A DNA stretch of 64,000 nucleotides from Eledone cirrhosa. Taxonomy: Eukaryota. Below, in pieces: positions 1 through 63,248 of this stretch. The position numbers and the translations under genes are program-made. Each line of letters opens with the position of its first letter. The first letter of the stretch is position 1. The stretch covers positions 84,072,001-84,136,000 of the forward strand of contig OZ024746.1 in the NCBI GenBank assembly GCA_964016885.1, read 5' to 3'. The notes beneath the pieces were generated by a model. That model saw nothing but the letters and a program-made list of their open reading frames with translations, made no database searches and was not told where the DNA came from.

Positions 1-25
1 ATGTTTAAATTGTTATGCACGTACG

Positions 26-95
<70 letters not shown>

Positions 96-464
96 TTACT
101 GATAGTAATTTAACATATGGTTTTTATATAATATTATGTTGGAAGATTATAATTTAAATTGGAATCTTTTAAAAAGAGTGGTTGTGTTTCATAAAACCAG
201 AGGTCGTTGGGGTTAAGTTGGTATCAAAAGAGTTAAGTGACAAAAGATATGATTAATTGTAATTGAAAAGATTTTAATTTGGTGACACGAAAAAAATGAA
301 CACTCAGTCCACTCTGTAAGGTGGTTGTGTTGGTGACACAAGAAAAAAGCACCCAGTTCACTCTGTAGTGGTCTCTGGGCCTGACTTATCTCATAATGTG
401 ACAACCTGTCTAACCCATGCAAGCATGGAAAAATAGACATTAAATGATGATGATATATATATAT

Positions 465-729
465 AGTCTGTCTTAAGCCAGAAGGCTCATTTGGCCGGTG
501 CTTATCCCGGTTTCATGGCGTGAAGCGACTGAGAGTGCAAGACTTCCCCCTGGACAGGACGCCAGTCCAACGCAGGGTTAAATTCCCAGCTATTGCTGGT
601 ACTCATTTTCAGCAGAGTATACTGGGGCAACGTGAAATGAAGTGTTTTGCTCAAGAACACAACATGCCACGGAGAAATCGAACCCACAGCATTATGATTG
701 TAAGTCCAAAACCCTTACCACAAGGCCAC
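465..729 (-). mobile_element. tRNA-derived SINE with CORE-like centre
   Basis: On the - strand: A box GTGGCCTTGTGG, B box GGTTCGATT, central GTGTTCTTGAGCAAAACACTTCA; ends in (TA)n. Confidence 0.65.
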
Positions 730-737
730 ATTATTAA

Positions 738-916
738 TGGCAGTATCGGTAGAGGGTTGGACGCCATGCTTTCCAGCATAGTTACGTCCCTTTACAATCT
801 GAGTTCAAATCCCGCCGAGGTTAACTTTGCCTTTCATCCTTACGGGGTCGATAAAATAAAGTACCAGTAATGTACTGGGTAATTGCTGGCCTTGTGCCTA
901 AAGTAGAAACAATTAT
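738..916 (+). mobile_element. SINE family A copy (tRNA head, GCCTTTCATCC..GGGTCGATAAAAT centre resembling the MetaSINE domain, tail GAAACAATTAT)
   Basis: A box TGGCAGTATCGG, B box GAGTTCAAATCC; near-identical to more than 20 copies in the window. Confidence 0.85.
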
Positions 917-1315
917 TAATTCTACAAGAATATAAGGTAATTCTACAAGAATATAAGGTAATTCTACAAGAATATAAGGTAATTCTACATGAATATAAGG
1001 TAATTCTACAAGAATATAAGGTAATTCTACAAGAATATAAGGTAATTCTACAAGAATATAAGGTAATTCTACAAGAATATAAGGTAATTCTACAAGAATA
1101 TAAGGTAATTCTACAAGAATATAAGGTAATTCTACAAGAATATAAGGTAATTCTACAAGAATATAAGGTAATTCTACAAGAATATAAGGTAATTCTACAA
1201 GAATATAAGGTAATTCTACAAGAATATAAGGTAATTCTACAAGAATATAAGGTAATTCTACAAGAATATAAGGTAATTCTACAAGAATATAAGGTAATTC
1301 TACAAGAATATAAGG
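917..1315. repeat. 21-bp minisatellite, 19 copies of TAATTCTACAAGAATATAAGG
   Basis: Direct read; one variant unit near 990. Confidence 0.97.
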
Positions 1316-1616
1316 CAAATCTGATTTCAATGAGATTCAAACACAAGAGTTCAATGAAATATAACATTATGTTTGGTGTTCATTGTTTGAAAGCCATAAT
1401 CAGTCTTTTTTGTATACAACAAATTTGACTCTACATCTACTATTCAATCCTTCTATCAGTAAATGTTATTCAAGATTTAATGAGCGTAACTCTCTCACAC
1501 TCACTCACTCACTCTCTCACTCTCTCTCTCTCTCACATGCATTATATAATGTGATATTTGCTGTTGATATGTGGTAACAATTAACAAGGTTTCTCTGTTG
1601 GCTTTTTCATTTTTAG

Positions 1617-52341
<50,725 letters not shown>

Positions 52342-52575
52342 GTGAAGTTGTTAGACAGAGAAGTTGTTGAAAAATGTTGTGGCTTGTAACTTGGTTATAA
52401 AAATTTTGTTTTTCATAATGTGTGTATATGTGCATGTGTGTTATTGTATAAATATATATAGTGGGTATTATATACTATAAATATATATTATATCAAATTA
52501 TATAAATATATACTTGTCATATATATATATATATATGCTGTCAGTACGTCTTTCCAACACCCTGGGTTTTCTACT

Positions 52576-52581
52576 AATAAA
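52576..52581 (+). promoter_or_regulatory. Candidate polyadenylation signal AATAAA (others at 53016 and 53095)
   Basis: First AATAAA seen after the stop codon; the AT-rich context makes chance matches likely. Confidence 0.3.
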
Positions 52582-53997
52582 ACAGATCTACCATCATATG
52601 TCAGCTGGTCTAAAATTTTATTATAAATAATGAGGTTGTTAGCAATTAACCCTGGCAAAAATAGGTCTCGTATAGTAAGGGATTTGAAATGTTTGTTTCG
52701 TGTTCTGACAAAGTACTTTTGTTTGATAGTCTAATGAAATTCAATCTTTGTACAAGAGCCATGTTCAACTATATACAGACTTTGGTGGAAGTGGAATATG
52801 AATTCTTTGGCTCTGTCTGATCTGGAATACTTAGGAGAAAACCATCTCGTATTATAACAATATGTTAAAGTGATGAGTCTTCTGGGAAAAAAAATAGTTA
52901 TTCTGATCCAACCTGCAAACAAACTAGCAAGCATAATGACAAAATAGGTGGTCTAATCCACCGTTCACCCTGAACGTAGCTAATGGGCACCCATTTCCCT
53001 GCAAGTCATAGCTGCAATAAAATTTTTAATAGGAACGCAATATAATACAAACCACAGCTGCCTAAGTAATATAGGATCCCACATCTTAAGCACTAATAAA
53101 GAAATTAGAAATTCAAATGTCTGCATCACCACCTTTGTGCCTACAGATATACTGAAAAATGCCTTCTAAACAATAAGATCCTTGACAAGAGCTTGTGTGT
53201 AGAAAAGATATATCTGACATATATAGTTACGAATTTGAAAATTAGGTTAATTCCTCTCGGTTAATGTAATTTTCCAATTTGTAACTCGTTCAATGCTTCT
53301 AAAAATAGATTATTTACTTACAGACACACACAAGCACACGCATGCGCACACATACACATACAGACACACAGATAACACAACACACAGACAAATATATGTA
53401 TATAGGTATATGTATGCATTTCATAAAAAATCATTTTTATAACCAAAGATACCGGACACAAAACAAAGAAGTAACATTTAAAAAAAAAAGAACATCTCGA
53501 ACCGTACATATCAGGGGTAAGGATTGAACACATTAAAAATGACCCCACATTCAAGGCTTATCAAATACGTGGCCAAATGAAAAAAAGTACCACACACACA
53601 CGTGTGTGTATATATATATATATATGTGTGTGTATATATGTGTGTGTATATATATATGTGTATACGTATATGTGTGTATTTATATATAATTGTATGTGTA
53701 TATGTATATGTATTTATATGTATATATATATGTATTTATATGTATATATATATATGTGTATATATATGTATATATGTATGTGTATATGTATATATATGTG
53801 TATAAATGTATATATATGTGTATATGTATATATATGTGTGTATATGTATATGCGTATAAATGTATATATATGTGTATAAATGTATATATGTATATATATA
53901 TGTATATATATATGTATATGTATATATATATGTGTATATATGTATATATGTATATATGTATATATATATGTATATATATATGTATATGTATATATAT

Positions 53998-54332
53998 ATC
54001 ATCATTTCATTTTACGTCCACTTTTCCCTGCTTGCAAGGGTGAGACGGGAACTGATTCTGGCTTGATTTTTACAGCTGGATGCCCTTCCTAACACCAACC
54101 TCATTTACAGTGAGTGCTGGGTGCTTTTTTGCCGTGGCACCTCCACGACCACTTTGTAGTGGAATGATAAGGACCCAAGTCCCTATCATCTCATTTCTAC
54201 AGCTGAGTAAACTGGAGCAATGTGAAATAAAGTGTCTTGCTCAAGGAAACAACACATCACCCGGTCTGAGAATTGAACTCACAACCTTTCGATTGCAAGG
54301 CCAATGCTCTAACCACTAAGCCATGTGCCTCC
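53998..54332 (-). mobile_element. SINE-B full-length copy
   Basis: Reverse complement of 49353-49692; flanked by TA-rich microsatellites. Confidence 0.87.
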
Positions 54333-54399
54333 ATGTATGTATATATATATATGTATATGTATATATATATGTATATGTATATGTATATGTATATATATA

Positions 54400-55639
54400 C
54401 TCATAGCTGAATCTATGGTAGAACTAGAGAATAAATTCCAAACCTGGAAGCAGGGACTAGAGAGAAAGGGCCTCAAAGTCAACATGACAAAGACTAAGGT
54501 CCTTATAAGTAGACGAGAAAACAGAACCCAGATCCCCTCAGGGAAATGGCCTTGCTCAGTATGTAGGAAAGGTGTAGGTAGGAACTCCATTCTTTGCCCC
54601 AAATGCAAACAATGGGTACACAAGAGATGTAGCGGGATCTCAGGAAGCTTAATTAAGAATGTAGGATTCACATGCAGCAGCTGTGCTGAAACAGCAAGCA
54701 AACAGCCACAGGAAACAAGTACCACCAATCTCTGGGAGGGCCCTGTAGAAACAGTAGACAGCTTCTGCTACCTAGGTGACCGAATTAGCAACGGAGGTGG
54801 GTGCTCAGAAAGTACAATAACTAGGGTAAGAACGGGATGGAAGAAGTTTAGGGAACTACTACCACTGCTAGCTGCAAAAGGCTTCTCCCTCAGAATGAAA
54901 GGCAGACTGTATGATGCGTGTATCCGAACAGCGATGTTGCATGGTAGTGAGACCTGGGCGCTGAAGGTGGAAGACTTACGTAGATTAGAGAGAAACGAAG
55001 CCTGCATGCTCCGATGGATGTGTAACAGTAATATACGTGAACGACAAAGCATAAATGAATTGAGAGAGAGACTGAGCATAAGAGGAATCAAATGCTGCGT
55101 GCAGGAGAGGCGGTTACGCTGGTATGGACATGTGATGCGTATGAAGGATGACAGCTGCATAAAAAGGTGCAGAGCACTAGAAGTTGATGGAAACCGCGGA
55201 GTGGGGAGACCCAAGATGACTTGGGATGAGGTGATAAGAGCCGACCTTACCCAACTACACCTCTCAAAGTCAATGACACACGACCGTGACTTCTGGCGTC
55301 ACGCAGTAATACAGGGTACCCGACCTCCCATGGGTACATGCTGAAGCATATAAACAATATGCCCCCCCCCCCCCACCGCAAGGTGGTCGTGGAGGTGCCA
55401 CGGCAAAAAAGCACCCAGCCCACACTGTAAAGTGGACGTGTAGGCGCCACGAAAAAGCACCCAGCACTCACTGTAAATGAGGTTGGTGTTAGGAAGGGCA
55501 TCCAGCTGTAGAAATCAAGCCAGATCAGTTCCTGTATGAGCAAGGCATGGTCAGCCGACCAGACACTGCCCACAACAGGACAACCCATCTAACCCATGCT
55601 AGCGTGGAAGAACGGACGTAAAACGGTGATGATGATGAT
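54400..55639 (+). mobile_element. 5'-truncated RTE/RTEX-type LINE; uninterrupted ORF remnant to 55344 (RT C-half with PHD-like Cys/His finger)
   Basis: LIAES...GLKVNMTKTKV...CSVC..CPKC..WVHKRC..CSSC...VDSFCYLG...GSETW...RLRWYGHV; (TGA)n tail. Confidence 0.93.
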
Positions 55640-55866
55640 ATGTATATGTACATATATATGTATATATATATATGTATATTTATGTGTATATATGTGTATA
55701 TATGTGTATATGTGTGTATATATGTATATATGTGTATATATATGTCTATATATGTGTATATATGTCTATGTGTATATATATGTCTATATATGTGTGTATA
55801 TATGTATGTCTATATATGTGTATATATATAAATATATGTCTATATATGTGTATATATATGTATGTC

Positions 55867-55897
<31 letters not shown>

Positions 55898-56405
55898 GTC
55901 TATATATGTGTTGTATACATATATGTCTATATATGTGTATATATATATATATGTCTATATATGTATATATATAAATGTCTATATATGTCTATATATATGT
56001 CTATATATGTCTATATATGTGCATATATAAGTCTATATGTGTATATATATATGTATAGGTATATATGTGTATATATATGTCTATATGTGTATATATACGT
56101 CTATATGTGTATATATATATGTATATATGTCTATATATATATGTACATATACATATATATGTGTGTGTGTGAGAGTGTATTATATGTATATAATAATATT
56201 GATCATATTAATGGAGGTTAAAGCCTAAAGTTCCAATTATTTTGGGCCCCTCATGACTCTTAATCCTTTCACCCAACTTAAAAAATAATATATATATATT
56301 GACTTGCCCCCTTGCCCATGTGGCGTAATTTCTTGTCCCCTACACGTAATTTCTTGTCCCCTCCTTATGATGAAACGAGACACACACACTGACACACAGA
56401 GAAAC

Positions 56406-56448
<43 letters not shown>

Positions 56449-56626
56449 AACACACACACACACATATATATATATATATTTGTATATACAAATATATACA
56501 TATTTATATATATATATATAATTTCTATAATTTCTATATATATATATATATTTGTATATACAAATATATACATATTTATATATATCTATATATACATATA
56601 TATATGTCTATGTATGTATGTGCATA

Positions 56627-56664
<38 letters not shown>

Positions 56665-56696
56665 GATATGTATATATATATGTAATATATATATTC

Positions 56697-56862
56697 TAAA
56701 AAGTGGTGAGCTATTGCCGTTTCAACAGTTGGTTCTGACAGCAAAAGCTCAGCCGTCGGGGTCCCAATTCTTTATAACATAATCATACTCTACTAACCCA
56801 AGTATTGAGTACTCTGGTGAATAATGGTCTAACCAGTTTCAAACTGAATCCATCCTGATAAA
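56697..56862 (+). mobile_element. Diverged copy of the hairpin/Penelope-like element
   Basis: Shares GCTCAGCCGTCGGGGTC and ACTCTACTA..AAGTATTGAGTACT with 57099-57291. Confidence 0.6.
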
Positions 56863-57098
56863 TATTTATATATATATATATAAAATAAGGTAGTAACATG
56901 TGTTTACGGCGTATTTGACTAAATAGAATTAGTCTGTTAGTTGGGATTTAAAAACCCCTCAATGATGAAAAAAGGATGAGTATTGTTAATACTCATCCTT
57001 TTTAAATGTTTCAGAAGATCCCGTTAAGGGTGAAAGCAGCGATTCTTTGCTTAAACTTTAATCTGTTATTTTAATATATATATATATATATATATATA

Positions 57099-57291
57099 GG
57101 AACAAGTAGGACCCCGACGGCTGAGCTGGAGCCGTTTCGACGGCTAATTCTGGACTAAGAATTAGCCGTCAAAACGGCTTGAGCTCAGCCGTCGGCGTCA
57201 TACTTTTTCCTATTACCCACTCTACTACCCTAAGTATTGAGTACTTTGGTGCGTTATGGTCCATCTGGTTCCTTACCACATTTCCTTCGTT
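57099..57291 (+). mobile_element. TA-bounded fold-back hairpin element (probable Penelope-like terminus)
   Basis: Imperfect ~50-bp-arm palindrome at 57099-57210 plus unique tail; inverted sister copy at 61868-62057. Confidence 0.75.
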
Positions 57292-57319
57292 ATATATATA
57301 TATATATATATAATAGTGA

Positions 57320-57435
57320 AGGCGTGTGGCCGAGTGGTTAGAGAATTGGATTCACAATCGTAAGGTTGTGAGTTCGATTCCTGGACCAGGCGATGCATTA
57401 TGTCCTTGAGCAAGACACTTTATTTCATGTTGCTC
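57320..57435 (+). mobile_element. tRNA-derived SINE head (SINE-B related)
   Basis: GTGGCCGAGTGG A box, GAGTTCGATTCC B box, followed by the CORE-like GTCCTTGAGCAAGACACTTT. Confidence 0.7.
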
Positions 57436-57696
57436 CTTCTACCTGGAGTTGCGGCCGATAGATAGTATTAGCAATTGGAAAGACCAACGGAAACATTGTT
57501 CCCTCGGTCCGATTTGACGAAAGTCTATCGTTTCAAAAAAAAAAATATAATATATGGAAAACGAAGAATCAGTGATCCATCGAAACACAATTTATTAATG
57601 TATTACAATTGTTTCTCCGGAGAACAACTTGAGGTGCAATCTATTTGTGGATCGAACCTGACTATGTATGTATGTAGATGTATATATGTCTATGTA

Positions 57697-57745
<49 letters not shown>

Positions 57746-57802
57746 CACACACACACACATATATTTGTGGATCGAACCTGACTATGTATGTATGTAGATG
57801 TA

Positions 57803-57833
<31 letters not shown>

Positions 57834-57836
<3 letters not shown>

Positions 57837-57891
57837 CTATGATCATTTCAATGACCGGGTTCCGTATGAATCCGGTGATATCATCAGGTAT
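57834..57891 (-). ncRNA. Minimal type-I hammerhead ribozyme motif (Penelope-like)
   Basis: - strand: ATAC-CTGATGA-13-bp imperfect stem II-GAAA-T-GATC-A-TA-GTAT. Confidence 0.68.
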
Positions 57892-58019
57892 TCGAAATAT
57901 AATACGTGAATGTAATAGGTAAAATCCATGGGGCTGAAAATCGAGGACCCGAGGGTGACCGCTATTCTGTTCCTTCAACCTCAGCCGGTCGATATATATA
58001 TATATATACACACACACAT

Positions 58020-59500
58020 ATCATCATCATCATCATCATCAGGTTTAGCGTCCGTGTTCCACGCTTGCATGGGTTTGGACGGGGGTTTACCCACTTGAGG
58101 CAAGAGTGGTTGTCTTGCTCGCATAGGACTGTCTGGCGGGTTTTCTACAGTTGGATGCCCTTCCTAACACCAACCACATTTACAGTGTGGGGCTGGGAGG
58201 TTTTTACCGTGTTGCCTACACGGCCACATTACAGCGTGGACTGTCTGGCGGGTTTTCTACAGCTGGATGCCCTTCCTAACACCAACCACATTTACAGTGT
58301 GGGGCTGGGAGGTTTTTACCGTGTTGCCTACACGGCCACATTTACAGCGTGGACTGTGTGTTTTTTGTCGTGACACCTACACGATCTCATTTGTTTCGGC
58401 CTGGATGTTGTGGGACCAACATAACTTTACATTGAAAGGGGCGGTGTGGGTGGGGTGGAGGTGGTGGGACGGGGGTGTGTTTTGATAGAGGTGCCTACTG
58501 ACTGTAGTAGGTTTTTACTTTGTATTTAGGTAAGGCGGGTCTTCTCTATTACTGAGTACCGCCAAAGGTCTCGGTCCAGTGACATTGTCTTGGAGAGGTG
58601 TAAGCGTGTGAGGTCGGAATTTATCAGCTCGTCCCATGTTTTTCTGGGTCTGCCTACTCCGTGGCTACCGTCTATCTTTATTGCCCTGCACTTTGTTATA
58701 CAGCTGTCGTCTTTCATGCGCATCACGTGACCGTACCAACGTAGCCTTCTCTCGAGTAAACAACATCTGATCCCTCTTATTTCTAATTTTTTCCTTAGTT
58801 CGTTTATGCTTTGCCGTTCACGTATATTACTATTGCACATCCAGCGGAGCATGCAAGCTTCGTTCCTCTCTAGTCTGCGTATATCCTCTGCACACAATGC
58901 CCAGGTCTCACTGCCATGCAGCATTGCTGTTCGTATGCAGGCATCGTATAACCTGCCTTTCATTTTTAGGGAGAACCCTCTAGCGGCTAATAGTGGTATA
59001 AGCTCTCTGAACTTTTTCCATCCAGTTCTGACTCTAGCTACTGTACTTTCAGAGCACCCTCCCCCACTGCTGATTTTGTCACCTAGATAACGGAAGCTGT
59101 CCACTATTTCTATAGAACCCTCTGCGCAGTTGAAGGAGCTAGTATTTTGTGGGCACTTGCTGCTACTTATTGCACCAGAGCACCGGCCACATGTAAAATC
59201 TATGTTCTTAGTTAGCTTACCTGTGATCCCACTACATCTTTTATGCACCCATACTTTGCATTTGGGACATAAAATGGAGTTTCTACCTACGCCTTTCCTA
59301 CACACTGAGCATGGCCATTTCCCCGATGGGACCGCCGCCTTATTTTCTTTCCTACAAACTAGAACTTTAGTCTTAGCCAGGTTAATTTTAAGGCCTTTTG
59401 ATTCTAGGCCGTGCTTCCACGTTTGGAATTTCTTCTCTAGTTCGGTCATTGATTCAGCTATGAGCGTTAGATCATCTGCGTATATATCATCTGCGTATAT
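58020..59500 (-). mobile_element. 5'-truncated RTE/RTEX-type LINE, second subfamily; open frame from YADD to the stop at 58526
   Basis: YADDLTLIAES...PHD-like finger...GSETW...RLRWYGHV; (TGA)n tail; internal 3'UTR duplication. Confidence 0.93.
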
Positions 59501-59529
59501 ATATATATACACACACATATATACATACA

Positions 59530-59716
59530 AATGATTTCTACAGGACTAGAACTGTGTCATTTATATGAAAGTGTCAGAATGTTTCTGATGATTTCCTACA
59601 AAACAGTTCTAGTCTAGTAGAAAACATCTCTATATAAGATTAAACTACCTATACTTTACCAATATATTGAGTACCCTTTTCTAAATGTGGTTACCCCCTG
59701 ACACAACTCGGGAATC
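59530..59716 (+). mobile_element. TA-bounded element related to the 42-kb palindrome, retaining CTGATGA
   Basis: TTCTACAGGACTAGAACTGT / ACAGTTCTAGTC inverted arms, CTGATGA at 59585, tail ATTGAGTAC..ATGTGGTTACCCC. Confidence 0.6.
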
Positions 59717-59744
59717 TATATCTCATTCTATATATGTATATATG

Positions 59745-60822
59745 TTATATAGAGATATATATATATATAGATATGAATATATAAAGATATATATATATAG
59801 ATATGAATATATAAAGATATATATATAGATATGAATATATAAAGATATATATATATATATAGATATGAATATATAAAGATATATATATATATATAAAGAT
59901 ATATATATATATATATATATAAAGATATATATATATATATAAAGATATATATATATATATAAAGATATATATATATATATAAAGATATATATATATATAT
60001 ATAAAGATATATATATAAAGATATATATATATATAAAGATATATATATATATATAAAGATATATATATATAAAGATATATATAAAGATATATATATATAA
60101 AGATATATATAAAGATATATATATATAAAGATATATATATATAAAGATATATATATATAAAGATATATATATATATAAAGATATATATATATATATAAAG
60201 ATATATATATATATAAAGATATATAAAGATATATATATATATATAAAGATATATATATATATATAAAGATATATATATATATATATAAAGATATATATAT
60301 ATATAAAGATATATATATATATATATAAAGATATATATATATATAAAGATATATATATATATATAAAGATATATATATAAATATAAAGATATATATATAA
60401 AGATATATATATATATAAAGATATATATATATATAAAGATATATAAAGATATATATATATATAAAGATATATATATATATAAAGATATATATATATATAA
60501 AGATATATATATATAAAGATATATATATATATATAAAGATATATATATATATAAAGATATATATATATATATAAAGATATATATATATATATAAAGATAT
60601 ATATATATATATAAAGATATATATATATATAAAGATATATATATATATATAAAGATATATATATATATAAAGATATATATATATATAAAGATATATATAT
60701 ATAAAGATATATATATAAAGATATATATATATATAAAGATATATATATATATATAAAGATATATATATATATAAAGATATATATATAAAGATATATATAT
60801 ATATAAAGATATATATATATAT
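59745..60822. repeat. Compound microsatellite [(AT)n AAAG]m
   Basis: Direct read. Confidence 0.95.
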
Positions 60823-60997
60823 ATGTGTGTGTGTATGTATATATAGACATGTAGATATTTATATATATATCTAAATGTAGATATTTATATATATCTAAAT
60901 GTATATATGTATGAATATATATATATATCTAAATGTATATATATGTAAGTATATATATGTATGTATATATATGTATATATATATATGTAAATTTATA

Positions 60998-61038
<41 letters not shown>

Positions 61039-61352
61039 ATGTATCTATATATATATCTATATATATCTATATGTATGTATATCTATATGTATGTATATAT
61101 ATATATATATATATAAAAAAAAGATGAGAAGAAAGAAGAATACTGCATGGTTTGCACATGGGTTACATATGATAAAAATAGTCCTTCGTCAGAGATTTTC
61201 CAACCATCATTGGTATTTCATCACATTAAAAATATGTATCTATATATATATCTATATATATCTATACGTATATATTTATATATGTATATATATATATATA
61301 TGTGTATGTATATCTATATCTATATGTATATATTTATATATGTATATATATG

Positions 61353-61403
<51 letters not shown>

Positions 61404-61867
61404 CTATACATATATATTTATATATGTGTATATAAAGATATATATATATATACATTATATATATATGCATATATATATATATTATATATATATGCATATA
61501 TATATATATTATATATGTATGTATATATATTATATATATATATATTATATATATATGTATATATATATATATGTATGTATATATATTATATATATATGTA
61601 TGTATATATATTATATATATATGCATATATATATATATTATATATATATGCATATATATATATATGCATGCATATATATTATATATATATGTATGTATAT
61701 ATATTATATATATATGTATGTATATATATTATATATATATGTATGTATATATATTATATATATATGTATGTATATATATTATATGTATATGTATGTATAT
61801 ATATATTATATATGTATGTTTATATATATATATTATATATGTATGTTTATATATATATATTATATAT

Positions 61868-62057
61868 AACGAAGGAAATGTGGTAAGGAACCAGGTGGAC
61901 CACAACGCACCAAAGTACTCAATACTTGAGGTAGTCGAGTGGGTAATAGGAACCAGTAAGACCCCGACAGCTGAGCTCAAGCCGTTTCAACGGCTAATTC
62001 TGGACTGAATTAGCCGTCGAAACGGCTTGAGCTCAGCCGTCGGGGTCTTACTGGTTC
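61868..62057 (-). mobile_element. TA-bounded fold-back hairpin element, 51-bp arms (49/51)
   Basis: Arms 61950-62000 and 62007-62057, loop TGGACT; the tail is the reverse complement of 57211-57291. Confidence 0.8.
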
Positions 62058-62063
62058 ATATAT

Positions 62064-62094
<31 letters not shown>

Positions 62095-62429
62095 GTATAT
62101 AGATATGTATTCATGTGTATAGATATGTATGTATATGTATATGTATAGAGGTATGTGTATAGATATGTATGTATATGTATGCATGTGTATAGATATGTAT
62201 AACTCCGATATAAAACCTGCTGCTCAGTAGTTACCGATGATGTTGATCTTTTCTTCTTTTCGGGTTATAGCTACTGTCGCTCAGAGAGTGGGATTGGCTC
62301 AGTGCACAGTCTTTCCTCACTTAAAAAAAAATATCTTCCCGCACAGGAATTGCACGATAGAATTAATTAATAATTATTAATAATGGTATATCGTGCAATG
62401 GCCATACTCGATAACGAGGGGGGAGTTAT

Positions 62430-63213
62430 ATAATATATATAGATATGTATGTGTATGTTTATATATATATATGTATAGATATGTATGTAGATGTATGTAT
62501 ATATATATATATATATGTGTGTGTGTATCAATATAAGTGTATATATGTGTATGTATAGATATGTATATATAAGTATATACATATATATATACATATCTAT
62601 ACATATATATATATATACTTATATATACATATCTATGCATACATATATATATATATAAGTATATATATATGTATGTATAGATATGTATATATAAGTATAT
62701 ATATATGTATGTATATATATGTATATATATATGTAAGTATATATATGTATATATATATGTATATATGTGTGTATATATAAGTCTATATATATATGTATAT
62801 ATAAGTGTATATATATATGTATGTATAGATATGTATATATGTGTATATATATATATATGTATATATAAGTGTATATATATATGTATGTATGTATATATAA
62901 GTGTATATATATGTATGTATAGATATGTATGTATAAGTATATATATGTATCTATATATATATATAAATATATATATATATAAATGTATATGTATATATAT
63001 ACGTGTATATATATATGTATATATAAGTATATACATATATGCATATATATGTGTAAATTTATGTATAGATATGTATATGTAAGTAAATACATATATGTAT
63101 ATATATATGTATAGATATGTATATATATATATGTATAGATATGTATATACATATATATATATAAATATATATATATAAATATATATACGTATATATGTAT
63201 ATTCATATATATG

Positions 63214-63248
<35 letters not shown>
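62430..63248. repeat. Degenerate TA/TG microsatellite (similar tracts at 29-90, 53600-53998, 55640-56190, 60830-61115, 61235-61867)
   Basis: Direct read. Confidence 0.95.

Noticed and set aside
821-1367. 169-aa and 175-aa repetitive ORFs (LPYILVE)n / (ITLYSCR)n, and a possible CRISPR-like array
   Set aside because: They are translations of a 21-bp tandem repeat with no spacers, in eukaryotic intronic context
54325-55344. Host gene encoding a PHD-finger protein
   Set aside because: The ORF start lies in a microsatellite; the sequence is multicopy, 5'-truncated and has a LINE tail
57320-57390. tRNA-like sequence with A and B boxes
   Set aside because: It runs straight into the SINE core and lacks a proper acceptor stem; it is a SINE head, not a tRNA gene
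61950-62057. Parvovirus/densovirus ITR interpretation of the branched hairpin
   Set aside because: There is no NS1/Rep or capsid coding sequence nearby; the hammerhead-like GAAA/stem III/GUC and TA-bounded multicopy pattern fit a retroelement end better
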